Shown piece after piece: positions 9,460 to 17,623 of a DNA stretch of 34,850 nucleotides (position 1 is its first letter; each line of letters opens with the position of its first letter). This DNA comes from Candidatus Woesearchaeota archaeon (GTDB lineage: Archaea > Nanobdellota > Nanobdellia > CAZCWL01 > CAZQAZ01), in the NCBI GenBank assembly GCA_964591855.1, contig CAZQAZ010000002.1, positions 1 to 34,850 on the forward strand, read 5' to 3'. Position numbers and translations under genes: made by a program. The notes beneath the pieces were generated by a model, which had not been told where the DNA came from, ran no database searches, and saw nothing but the letters and a program-made list of their open reading frames with translations.

Positions 9460-10596
9460 CCTTAGTGTAATGAACGCAAAGGAAAGAACTGCAATCATAA
9501 GGAAGGCTACTTTGTACATCATACTCTGTGGTACGAACAAAAAGATAGACAGGCCAACCACTCCACCAAGCTTTAGCATCATCTCCCTTATGGACATGAA
9601 CTCAAGACTTTCTTTCTCGCTAATGCTTGAACATACAAGACTAAACAAAGGTATACTTAATAACACCCCAACGAGACCTAAGAGGAACCTAATGAGGAAT
9701 ATTAAGGATACATTATTTGTAAAGGCAAGTATGAAGAACAGCGAGCCGTAAATCAACGCTCCAAGCTTGAGCACAGATTTCTTATCGTACTTGTCTGAAA
9801 GGGATCCTATAAAATATGTTGATGCTAAACTGAGGACAAGAGCTACGGAGTTTATTGCACCCAGATCAAGTATAGAACTTTTGAAGTATATGAAAAGGTT
9901 AAGGAATATGTATTGTACAGCAACAAGAGCACCCATTAGGAAGAATGCTTTTAAGAAGTCTTTCCTCACCCCCACTAGTTTCTTTAGGTCCACATCCCAA
10001 TAATCCTTCTCGTCTTTAGTATCGAACAATGGAACTATAGATAGTAAGAGGATAACACCTGCCACTAAAAATAAAGTATTGAATGAGAAGTATGTTGCAA
10101 TATAACCACCAAGTACTGGTCCTAAGGCAGCTCCAACTCTTGCTGCTAGGACGAGCACACTTGTGTTCTTTCCAACCTTATGTTTATCACTGTGCTCTGC
10201 AAAATGTGAGTTAAGGGGCAGCCAGTAAAAGCTTTTAGCCGTGGCCCAGATTAGAGGCACCACATAAAGAAGCAACTTGTAATGCTCAAGAAGATACATC
10301 CCAAACAAAACTACAAGCGATAATATAGAGCTTATCGCTATAACTTTTTTCTTTCCAAGTTTTGATATGAGTCTTGCGGTTGGTAATGTGATAAGTAACC
10401 AAAAGGCATAGAATTCAATCATAAAGACCAGAACATCTTTAATGCTGAAACCAAGATCTATCAAGAAGATTGCAACGAATATGTTAAACAAGCTAAGGGC
10501 GAAGTTATTAAGGAACAAATTAGCATAGAGTTCTCTTAATTCTGTTTTTGGGTTTGAGAGAAAGTGAAGCTCTTGTATGTGGTTGTGGTGGTCCAT
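9436..10596 (-). CDS. MFS transporter
   Basis: About 12 TM segments in two halves; motif-A-like ARLISKLGKKK and GSLSDKYDKK; GAALGPVLGG. His-rich N-terminus MDHHNH. Confidence 0.85.
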   Translation of the reverse strand: MDHHNHIQELHFLSNPKTELRELYANLFLNNFALSLFNIFVAIFLIDLGFSIKDVLVFMIEFYAFWLLITLPTARLISKLGKKKVIAISSILSLVVLFGMYLLEHYKLLLYVVPLIWATAKSFYWLPLNSHFAEHSDKHKVGKNTSVLVLAARVGAALGPVLGGYIATYFSFNTLFLVAGVILLLSIVPLFDTKDEKDYWDVDLKKLVGVRKDFLKAFFLMGALVAVQYIFLNLFIYFKSSILDLGAINSVALVLSLASTYFIGSLSDKYDKKSVLKLGALIYGSLFFILAFTNNVSLIFLIRFLLGLVGVLLSIPLFSLVCSSISEKESLEFMSIREMMLKLGGVVGLSIFLFVPQSMMYKVAFLMIAVLSFAFITLRLEVRAKA

Positions 10597-10676
10597 ACAC
10601 TACATATCCTTCAGAAGTTTATTAACTTTGTTCTCTAGGACTAAACTTTAAAAGTGAAGCAGCTTTACTTGTTTCT

Positions 10677-10874
10677 ATGGTGATACAAGTAAAATACAAA
10701 AACAAGACATACAAGGTAAGAGTAAAGAGAGCTAAAGTGAAATCCATCATTGAGAAGGTAGGGCTAAATCCAGAAGAATACCTTGCTGTTAAAGGAGATT
10801 TAATCTTAACGGATGACGACTACATCAAGGATGGAGACGAAATTAAATTGTATGATGTTGTGTCTGGTGGTTAA
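10677..10874 (+). CDS. ThiS/MoaD-family ubiquitin-like sulfur carrier (SAMP2/TtuB-like)
   Basis: 65 aa, beta-grasp size, ending DGDEIKLYDVVSGG with C-terminal di-glycine; directly upstream of TtuA/NcsA. Confidence 0.9.
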   Translation: MVIQVKYKNKTYKVRVKRAKVKSIIEKVGLNPEEYLAVKGDLILTDDDYIKDGDEIKLYDVVSGG

Positions 10875-10876
10875 AC

Positions 10877-11719
10877 TTGTATGATAAGAAGTTCTGTAGG
10901 AGAATCGAAGCGAAAGTAAAGAGAGAGATAGAAAGGTATAAATTGATACAAGGAAAGGTAGGTGTTGGAGTTTCTGGAGGAAAAGATTCTCTTGTAACGT
11001 TCTTCATACTAAAGAAGCTTGGTTACAATCCTATTGGGATTTTAATAGACGAAGGTATTTGTGGATATAGGAATGTTACAATAAAAGATGCTATAAAGCA
11101 CTTTAAGGAATGGGACGCTCCACTCATTATTTACTCTTTTAAGGAAGAATTTGGGATGACTCTGGACGAGATGGTTAAGGAGCTTAATTTAATCCCTTGC
11201 ACTATCTGTGGCATTCTTAGGAGGTACTTGCTTAACAAGGCAGCTAGGGAGCTTGGTATAAAAACCTTAGCTGTTGGGCACAATCTTGATGACGAAGCAC
11301 AATCGATCCTAATGAACCTCTTCCAAAATGACATCCAAAAACTTGCAAGATTGGGTCCAGTTTCAGGTTATGCAAAACATAAGAGTTTCATAAGAAGAGT
11401 TAAACCATTGAGGAAGATAAAGGAAAAAGAAGTTCTTGCATACGCTATGTTAAATGGCATAAAGATTCATTTCATAACTTGTCCTTATGCTCCTGAATCT
11501 TTCAGGTCCGTGGTACAGAAGGAACTTAACTTATACGAGTCAAAACATCCTGGGACAAAGCTTAATATTGTCAAGTGGTTTGATAAGAGAAGAGAAAAGT
11601 TCAAATCCATGGTAAAGGATGAGAAGATTGGCACATGTGAAGTGTGTGGTGAGCCAACAGCTGAGGAGGTGTGCTTAACTTGTCAGTTGATCTCAAAGCT
11701 GCAGCGGAAAAAGAAATGA
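10877..11719 (+). CDS. tRNA 2-thiouridine synthase TtuA/NcsA (Ctu1 family)
   Basis: PP-loop SGGKDS, PCTIC, GHNLDDEAQ, TCPY and C-terminal CEVC...CLTC zinc finger; TTG start. Confidence 0.92.
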   Translation: MYDKKFCRRIEAKVKREIERYKLIQGKVGVGVSGGKDSLVTFFILKKLGYNPIGILIDEGICGYRNVTIKDAIKHFKEWDAPLIIYSFKEEFGMTLDEMVKELNLIPCTICGILRRYLLNKAARELGIKTLAVGHNLDDEAQSILMNLFQNDIQKLARLGPVSGYAKHKSFIRRVKPLRKIKEKEVLAYAMLNGIKIHFITCPYAPESFRSVVQKELNLYESKHPGTKLNIVKWFDKRREKFKSMVKDEKIGTCEVCGEPTAEEVCLTCQLISKLQRKKK

Positions 11720-11952
11720 ACAGAATGAAAAAGATATTCGAATCAATAGAAGTATCAGGCAAGGGCATGTCGCTAGACTTCTACCAATTTGCTAGAGCAT
11801 ACTTTGACGATGGGATTCACTTCTTTGAGAAAGAGAAATATCTTGAGGCCTTTGAGGCTTTTATCATATCTTGGGCTTACATTGATGCAGGCTTAAAGCT
11901 TGGTTATTTTAAGGTAAGAGACAGCCTTAAAGAACACTTCACTTCTGAATAG
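11716..11952 (+). CDS. DUF357 family protein
   Basis: ARAYFDDGIHF...AFEAFIISWAYIDAGLKLG pattern. Start set at the ATGA overlap with the TtuA stop (11716). Confidence 0.75.
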   Translation: MNRMKKIFESIEVSGKGMSLDFYQFARAYFDDGIHFFEKEKYLEAFEAFIISWAYIDAGLKLGYFKVRDSLKEHFTSE

Positions 11953-11992
11953 GCACAGAAAGTTTATTATTTGGCTAGGGATTTTATTTAGT

Positions 11993-13276
11993 ATGATTGA
12001 TAAGTCCATAAGTTATGTGCTTGATAGATTGAATCAAGCACATTTGATATACTACGCAAAGCTATTAGCTTCTAGATTCTCAACTAAAATAGTTTACACG
12101 GATCACGACTTAAATCAAAAAATACTAGACTTTGGCACACTTTTCTCATCATTTAACTTTCCAATAGTCATAGAAAGTGAGAGGTCAGATGATTACTATT
12201 CTATATTTGCTATGAAGGATTATCTTGAAGCGTTGAGAAAGGCTAGAAAAGAGAAATCTTATGATAGAGCCATAGATCAAGCTGTTAAGGACGCTTATGT
12301 TTACATGGAACACCTTATCAAAGTGTGTGACTACATCAACAAGTTTTATGTAGATGCGTTTAAGAAGAGTGTCTCTATTTTCAATGAGGCTTTTGGATTT
12401 AGGATAATCTTTCCAAAGCAACTACCTAAGATGTTTTTACACATTGCTTACTTCGATCCTGAAAAGAAAAACACTCCTGTTAGATACAATAAAGAAATGA
12501 ATGTGTTTGATGTTTATCCCGTGATATTTAAAATAAAGAATAAGTATTACTCTTCCTTGTTTGCAAGGGAAATAGCCAAACTTCTTGTTAATGACCCTGT
12601 GTACTTAGCAAGAATAGACGACCTAAGAACCATACTTAAGAATGTAGAATGGCTGCAGAATTTTAAAGACGTGTTCATTAACGATGTCAAGTTATTCTTT
12701 AGGTTCTACTTGAAAAGATTGGAGATGATAAAAGAGAGGGTTCCAAACTTTTCAAGGGTGATAGACGTCCACACATCAAAGCTGAATTCAAGTGTTCTGA
12801 ATATAACAAGCTCTGACTACAAAAGAAATGAAAGCTTTAGCAAGGCTGTCAACATATTTCTTAATGTGCTTGAGAAGGAAGAAAGATTCTTGAAGGTGTT
12901 TGCGGTGAAATCAAATGATGTGGAAGCTTACCTGTTAAAAAATAAGTTAAAGTCTCTGCTAGAGTACAAGGAAGTATTGAAATCATTCTCAAAAACACTT
13001 CTTTCATACGATGAACAAGCCTTATTGGTTATAAGATACTACTTGGATAGATTCTATCCTGTTTTCCTTGCTATTTACACTTTGGAATATAGAGTTCCAT
13101 CCTTGCATCTGGAAAGATATAAAGACAAGAACCTAAAGCAAGTGTGTGAGTTCTACAAGAAGAGGAAAGAGGAGTGGAAGGATTTGTTCGTGACAACAGC
13201 TGCTCTTGAGAATCTTAACAAGGTAGCAAAAGGAGTTTACTCCTTCCACAAATTCTTAACCTCATTAACATCGTAG
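11993..13276 (+). CDS. Hypothetical, largely helical soluble protein (427 aa)
   Basis: Long ORF with normal composition; upstream AAAGTTTATTA TATA-like element; no family recognised. Confidence 0.7.
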   Translation: MIDKSISYVLDRLNQAHLIYYAKLLASRFSTKIVYTDHDLNQKILDFGTLFSSFNFPIVIESERSDDYYSIFAMKDYLEALRKARKEKSYDRAIDQAVKDAYVYMEHLIKVCDYINKFYVDAFKKSVSIFNEAFGFRIIFPKQLPKMFLHIAYFDPEKKNTPVRYNKEMNVFDVYPVIFKIKNKYYSSLFAREIAKLLVNDPVYLARIDDLRTILKNVEWLQNFKDVFINDVKLFFRFYLKRLEMIKERVPNFSRVIDVHTSKLNSSVLNITSSDYKRNESFSKAVNIFLNVLEKEERFLKVFAVKSNDVEAYLLKNKLKSLLEYKEVLKSFSKTLLSYDEQALLVIRYYLDRFYPVFLAIYTLEYRVPSLHLERYKDKNLKQVCEFYKKRKEEWKDLFVTTAALENLNKVAKGVYSFHKFLTSLTS

Positions 13277-14034
13277 CCAAAAAGAGGAGCGTACACCTTC
13301 TTATACTTTGCAAACAGATCTTTAAACTTATTAAGCTCCTCTTGGTTTTTAATCTCAAGGCCAACTATCAACCCAAGATATTTATCTACGTGATCATCTA
13401 TGCTTCCTTCTAACTTCTTTGAAGGGCAACCATAATCCCATTTATGAATTATCTTAGCCTCGCCCAGGTAGTCTATACATATGCCTCTTTTCATCATAAG
13501 TAAAGCTGCATACTCGTCTTTTTCACAGTTTATTACTGCTAACATCCTTCCTGTTGCTCCAAGTGGTAAACCACCTGGCCCTTTCATCTTAGAGTCAAAC
13601 ACGTAAGCCTTATTGTTAATGATCTCTATGAAAATCTCTTGGTCAAAGTTCTTTAAATCAACCTTTCCTCCCTTGTTGAATATGTATTCTCCAACAACTC
13701 TGTTTATTTCTTGGCTTGTAAGTGGGAAAGCCTTGTTAAGCCTTTGAGCAGAAATCCTAAATTTCTCACCTTTGTACAAGGCGTATGCAGTTTCTTTTAT
13801 CACTTCTATGTCTGCAGGAATCTCTTTGGCATGGGAGAAACTCACAACTCCAAATATTCTTTTTAAGTCCACATCCTCACTTACGATTATTCTCCCCCTT
13901 AAGCTTCTAACCTTAGCGCTTATTCCTTCCCTACGTAAGAAGTCTTTGATATTTCTTACAAGTAGCCCTTCCATTTGCTTTCTTACGTAATCGCTCTTAG
14001 TGGCTATCTCTCCATATCTAACTAATGTCACCAT
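13237..14034 (-). CDS. ThiI-like protein: NFLD+THUMP domains intact, PP-loop degenerate
   Basis: VRYGEIATKS, IFGVVSFS, KAFPLTSQEINRVVG, VDLKN, GPGGLPLG and LMMKRG match ThiI; SGGxDS is replaced by NCEKDE. Start placed at MVTLVRYGE (14034). Confidence 0.8.
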   Translation of the reverse strand: MVTLVRYGEIATKSDYVRKQMEGLLVRNIKDFLRREGISAKVRSLRGRIIVSEDVDLKRIFGVVSFSHAKEIPADIEVIKETAYALYKGEKFRISAQRLNKAFPLTSQEINRVVGEYIFNKGGKVDLKNFDQEIFIEIINNKAYVFDSKMKGPGGLPLGATGRMLAVINCEKDEYAALLMMKRGICIDYLGEAKIIHKWDYGCPSKKLEGSIDDHVDKYLGLIVGLEIKNQEELNKFKDLFAKYKKVYAPLFGYDVNEVKNLWKE

Positions 14035-14085
14035 ACTTTGGGAACGCATCGCTATTCTTATAAACTTTGAGGTGGTTTTAGCTAT

Positions 14086-14259
14086 ATGAAATTTGAAGAA
14101 GGATTTGAAATGGTTATGATTTTCATATTCTTGTTCTTAGTGTTCTCATCTTTGTTCTGGCTCTTATTAGGGAACCACCAAATACCTGTTAAACCAATAA
14201 TTGCTGTGGCGTTTGGATTACTATCATCTGGAGTTGTGGTGTGGTATTTATATAAATAA
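14086..14259 (+). CDS. Small two-TM membrane protein (57 aa), not in the ORF track
   Basis: Translated by hand: MKFEEGFEMVMIFIFLFLVFSSLFWLLLGNHQIPVKPIIAVAFGLLSSGVVVWYLYK*. TTATAAA near 14058 and GAGGTGG at 14069-14075 upstream; fills an otherwise empty gap. Confidence 0.7.
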   Translation: MKFEEGFEMVMIFIFLFLVFSSLFWLLLGNHQIPVKPIIAVAFGLLSSGVVVWYLYK

Positions 14260-14263
14260 AGAA

Positions 14264-14326
14264 GTGGGAATCAGCTTCTAGAACCTCTTCATTGGTCAGA
14301 GGGTGTTCACAACCTCATCTTCCCAT
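14264..14326 (-). ncRNA. Candidate box C/D 2'-O-methylation guide sRNA
   Basis: Minus strand reads AUGGG-AAGAUGA(C)-GGUUGUGAACACCCU-CUGA(D')-CCA-AUGAAGA(C')-GGUUCUAGAAG-CUGA(D)-UUCCCAC. All four boxes are in order, with complementary ends UGGG(AA)/(UU)CCCA, about 62 nt. Confidence 0.75.
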
Positions 14327-14331
14327 AAGCT

Positions 14332-14724
14332 TCATATCTTTGAGTATTTAAAAATTATTTGGTCTCCGTCTTTTGGAGTGTAGTTCATGAAGTAAGGATA
14401 AACTTCTCCATTAACGGTTACAATCCATTTGTAGTTGTTATCATTGCAATAAAGATAGTCTGTTCTAATGCAGGTGTCATTCATAATGATTCCATACCTT
14501 CCTAAGATTACAGTAAGGTTCTCTCCATCCTCGAACTGAACGTATCCTTGTGTTGGGTTTGTGTAATCCTTGATTTGGATCTTCAAGTAAAACTTTTGAG
14601 TTTGGGGTTGAGTTCTCTGGGTGAACACAACAAATATCGAAGATATGAAGATCAAAGTGACAAATATAGAGAAAGCTTTCATTAACTTTGCTCCGCTCCT
14701 TTGGTCTTTTTTACCTTTGACCAT
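14332..14724 (-). CDS. Membrane-anchored DUF4430-like (beta-grasp) protein
   Basis: N-terminal TM helix; C-terminal W-x-x-x-VNG...YTPKDGDQIIFKY pattern. Confidence 0.6.
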   Translation of the reverse strand: MVKGKKDQRSGAKLMKAFSIFVTLIFISSIFVVFTQRTQPQTQKFYLKIQIKDYTNPTQGYVQFEDGENLTVILGRYGIIMNDTCIRTDYLYCNDNNYKWIVTVNGEVYPYFMNYTPKDGDQIIFKYSKI

Positions 14725-14774
14725 ATAAATCTATATTGGAAAAGGTATTTAAGATTTGGTGTTCTACAATTAGT

Positions 14775-16412
14775 ATGGCTACATATGGTTTAAGTTGGCT
14801 TTTCAGTAATATGTATCTTATATTCTCATTAATCTGTGTGATGGCTATTTATGTTGTAGTTTACAATTCTCTTCTTGCTGCTAAAAGAGAGGAAATAGCT
14901 GCCCCAGCTGCTGTTTTTGCCGCAGCTGCTGTTGCATATGCTTTTTACACTTTCAGACAAACTCTTGGTAGTGTGATATCCAATATTGGTAATCTTATTA
15001 TAGTAATCTTAGGTTTGATTGCACTGTTAGTGTTTGTATTCAGTAACATAAATCGCGAGGAGAAGAAGGGAAGTTTATTATCCTATGCTATAATCATAAT
15101 GGTCATAGGTTTCATTCTTCTGTACTTCGGGTATGGCTTTGGAGCCATACTTGTGTTAATAGGGTTGATAGCTTTCTTGATACTCTCAGTTGCCTCACTT
15201 GCGAAAATAGAACCTGGTCCAAGACCTCCCAGACCACCAAAACCTCCAAAACCAGAGAAGTTTAAACTCACAGTTTTTGTTAAAGATACAAAAGGTTTCC
15301 CAGTCAAGGATGCGGTTGTAGCTGTTGGAGGCAAAAACAAAAAGACTAATAAGAATGGTGAAACTAAATTTAAATTACCAAGAGGGAGATACACGGTAAC
15401 TGCGTCCCATACTTTGTATCCTCCTGCGAGTGGGGTTATAGAGCTCACGCACAATGACACTATTACTCTCGTCCTTGGAAAGTCGGAACCAGAACCTGAG
15501 CCTGATGACCCTAAAAAACACTTATCCTCACTTGTTGTTAAGGTTATAGACGGGAAGACTAAGAACCCAATACCCGAGGCTACGGTCAATCTATACGCTG
15601 TAAAGGGTGCAAGACTACAGCTCTCAGGGAAGACAGATAATAATGGAAGTGTGAAGTTCGACAAACTTCTTGTGTGGTACGCTAATCCTGCGAGAAAGGG
15701 TGTATGGCTTCCGGTAGTATATGGGGTCATAGTTCATAAAGAGGGCTATATAAGTGGAAGTGCAGGAGGAATTTATTTGGAAGAGAATAAAACTGTAGTC
15801 GTTACTGTTAGATTGTTTAAGAGGAAGAAACAGTTATCCGCCTGTGATGAGCTTAAGAATAAAGCGAAGGGTTGTAAGAGATATGTTAAGAACCTTAGGA
15901 AGAGAATATTTGAGAACTTTGAGAAGGCTGCAAAAAGCGATCCAAGTGAGTTAGAGCATTTAAGGAGAGAAGGTTACTTAACAGAAGCTGCTATGAAGTT
16001 CATAATGTCTATACCAAATAGCAAGTTAAGCAGGGATGAAATAGAGGAGAAGATTGGGGATTTCATAAGGGAAGTACTCTATTCAAGACTAGTTGAGCTT
16101 AGTGTTCTTAGGAATGAAAAGCTTGGAAAGGATGCAAAGATATTGTGGAACAAGTATGGAAAGTTGGGTGTGTTAAAGAGTTTAGACGACTATATCAAGC
16201 TCTTCATATTCTTACCTAAAGAGAATAGATTTCTTATTGAAACCTTACCTGGTGATACACCTTGTATCGATGCTGTGATGTATTATAGAACGAAGTGGAA
16301 GATGGCTGTAAACAGTGCAAAGAGGATAAAAGGAAGTAAGGAGCTTAAGAAGATTGTTGATCTGCTCGAAGAGAGGAAAGCCAGTGCGGGCTTTCTAGGA
16401 GGACCTACATAA
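14775..16412 (+). CDS. Membrane protein: about 5 TM, Pro-rich linker, two carboxypeptidase-regulatory-like beta-sandwich domains, helical tail
   Basis: LTVFVKD..GFPVKDAVV...TNKNGET..LPRGRYTVTAS and LVVKVID..KNPIPEATV...TDNNGSV...VHKEGY repeats, with PRPPRPPKPPKP and EPEPEPDDP linkers. Start at MATYG (14775), about 23 nt after a TATTTAA box. Confidence 0.75.
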   Translation: MATYGLSWLFSNMYLIFSLICVMAIYVVVYNSLLAAKREEIAAPAAVFAAAAVAYAFYTFRQTLGSVISNIGNLIIVILGLIALLVFVFSNINREEKKGSLLSYAIIIMVIGFILLYFGYGFGAILVLIGLIAFLILSVASLAKIEPGPRPPRPPKPPKPEKFKLTVFVKDTKGFPVKDAVVAVGGKNKKTNKNGETKFKLPRGRYTVTASHTLYPPASGVIELTHNDTITLVLGKSEPEPEPDDPKKHLSSLVVKVIDGKTKNPIPEATVNLYAVKGARLQLSGKTDNNGSVKFDKLLVWYANPARKGVWLPVVYGVIVHKEGYISGSAGGIYLEENKTVVVTVRLFKRKKQLSACDELKNKAKGCKRYVKNLRKRIFENFEKAAKSDPSELEHLRREGYLTEAAMKFIMSIPNSKLSRDEIEEKIGDFIREVLYSRLVELSVLRNEKLGKDAKILWNKYGKLGVLKSLDDYIKLFIFLPKENRFLIETLPGDTPCIDAVMYYRTKWKMAVNSAKRIKGSKELKKIVDLLEERKASAGFLGGPT

Positions 16413-16455
16413 AAATCTTTATAAAAACGAAGATTCTTAATTAATTTGGTGTACC

Positions 16456-17001
16456 ATGGCTTTGTTTAACTTGCAAGGGACAATACAATTGCTTAAAGAC
16501 ATAGGAATAATAGACTTCTTTTTGCCATTCCTACTTGTATTCGCAATTGTTTATGGGGTCCTAGAAAGAGCCCAAATATTTGGGGCTGATAGGCATGATA
16601 TAAATGCAGTAATTGCAATGGTTATTGGTTTCATGTTTGGAATAACTGGGTGGTCTGTTAGAGCTACACAAGCTTTCCTTCCATGGGTGGGTGTGTTAGC
16701 TATATTTATTCTTGGTATACTAATACTTGTAGCAATGTTCTTCCCTGATTTTTTCCAGATTATGGAAGGAGATAAATACAAAATTTATAGACAAATAGGG
16801 GCAGGAGTTGCCATAGTTGTTATGATTGTTGTTATACTTGATATGTTTGGGGTATTCGAGAAGACAGGGGGTATGACATCTAGTGAGCTCTGGGGACAAC
16901 TTATAGGCTTAATAATATTCGGAGCCATTTTCGTTGGAGCTTTAGCATTCATAATCAAAGGTTCCAAAAGGTCTGGAGGATCTGGAGGGTCTGAAGAGTG
17001 A
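16456..17001 (+). CDS. Unknown multi-TM membrane protein (paralog A)
   Basis: About 5 TM segments; FLPFLLVFAIVYGVL...DINAVIA motif; Gly/Ser tail. Confidence 0.8.
   Translation: MALFNLQGTIQLLKDIGIIDFFLPFLLVFAIVYGVLERAQIFGADRHDINAVIAMVIGFMFGITGWSVRATQAFLPWVGVLAIFILGILILVAMFFPDFFQIMEGDKYKIYRQIGAGVAIVVMIVVILDMFGVFEKTGGMTSSELWGQLIGLIIFGAIFVGALAFIIKGSKRSGGSGGSEE
16518..16545 (+). repeat. 28-bp exact direct repeat, copy 1
   Basis: CTTTTTGCCATTCCTACTTGTATTCGCA, identical to 17671-17698. Confidence 0.9.
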
Positions 17002-17010
17002 GGGATTGAG

Positions 17011-17604
17011 ATGGTTGATCCAGTGACACAAACAATGCTTGTATTTCAAAGCATAGCTGAAGCTTTAGCTCCGGGTTTAAAGCAGGCAGGAGTTGGGTGG
17101 GAGGTATTCTGGTTGGTATTTTTCTTAAGTTATGCTATGATTTATTCCTTACTTAACTTTGTACACTTCTTAAAAGATAACAATGCAGCTAAGTTTATAG
17201 TTGCTCTTGTATTATCTTTCTTCATATCATCAAATGCATGGGCGCTTGCTATAATTGCTTCAATATTCCCATCACTTGGTGTACTACTTGCCGTTGGTTT
17301 AGGCATAATAATTCTCACAGCAGTATTCTTACCAAGGTTCTTTGAGAGTGGGCAAAGTAAGTGGGTAGGATATACAGCATTGGCATTTGTTATAGTGTAC
17401 CTTATATCAACAGCCTTAGCTTCTGCTAAGGTTCTTGGTGGTGGGGTAACAGAAAGTGCAATAGCAAGTGCTATATCAAATTACATTGGAATAATAATAG
17501 CAATAGCTATAATTATTGGTGTTATCATATTCCTATCTGCAGGCAAGGGGTCGAGAGGTGGATCTTCGGGTGGGCTTTTCAAGATAAGCAAAATAAAGCC
17601 ATAG
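17011..17604 (+). CDS. Unknown multi-TM membrane protein (paralog B, more diverged)
   Basis: About 5 TM segments; FWLVFFLSYAMIYSLL...AAKFIVALVLS aligns by eye with the paralog A/C motif; Gly/Ser tail. Confidence 0.8.
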   Translation: MVDPVTQTMLVFQSIAEALAPGLKQAGVGWEVFWLVFFLSYAMIYSLLNFVHFLKDNNAAKFIVALVLSFFISSNAWALAIIASIFPSLGVLLAVGLGIIILTAVFLPRFFESGQSKWVGYTALAFVIVYLISTALASAKVLGGGVTESAIASAISNYIGIIIAIAIIIGVIIFLSAGKGSRGGSSGGLFKISKIKP

Positions 17605-17623
17605 ATTAATGGAGGTAAATTAA

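Noticed and set aside
14264-14326. tRNA or simple terminator hairpin
   Set aside because: No cloverleaf or T-loop consensus; the C/D'/C'/D box order explains the sequence better.
15210-15260. Short tandem repeat as a phase-variation or VNTR locus
   Set aside because: Imperfect 9-nt units simply encode the PRPPRPPKPPKP linker.
15083-15730. 215-aa antisense ORF, and similar shadow ORFs such as 6740-7306, 7981-8364, 20403-20750, 29147-29500
   Set aside because: They lie opposite well-supported genes and have Ser/Leu/Phe-rich composition typical of antisense frames.
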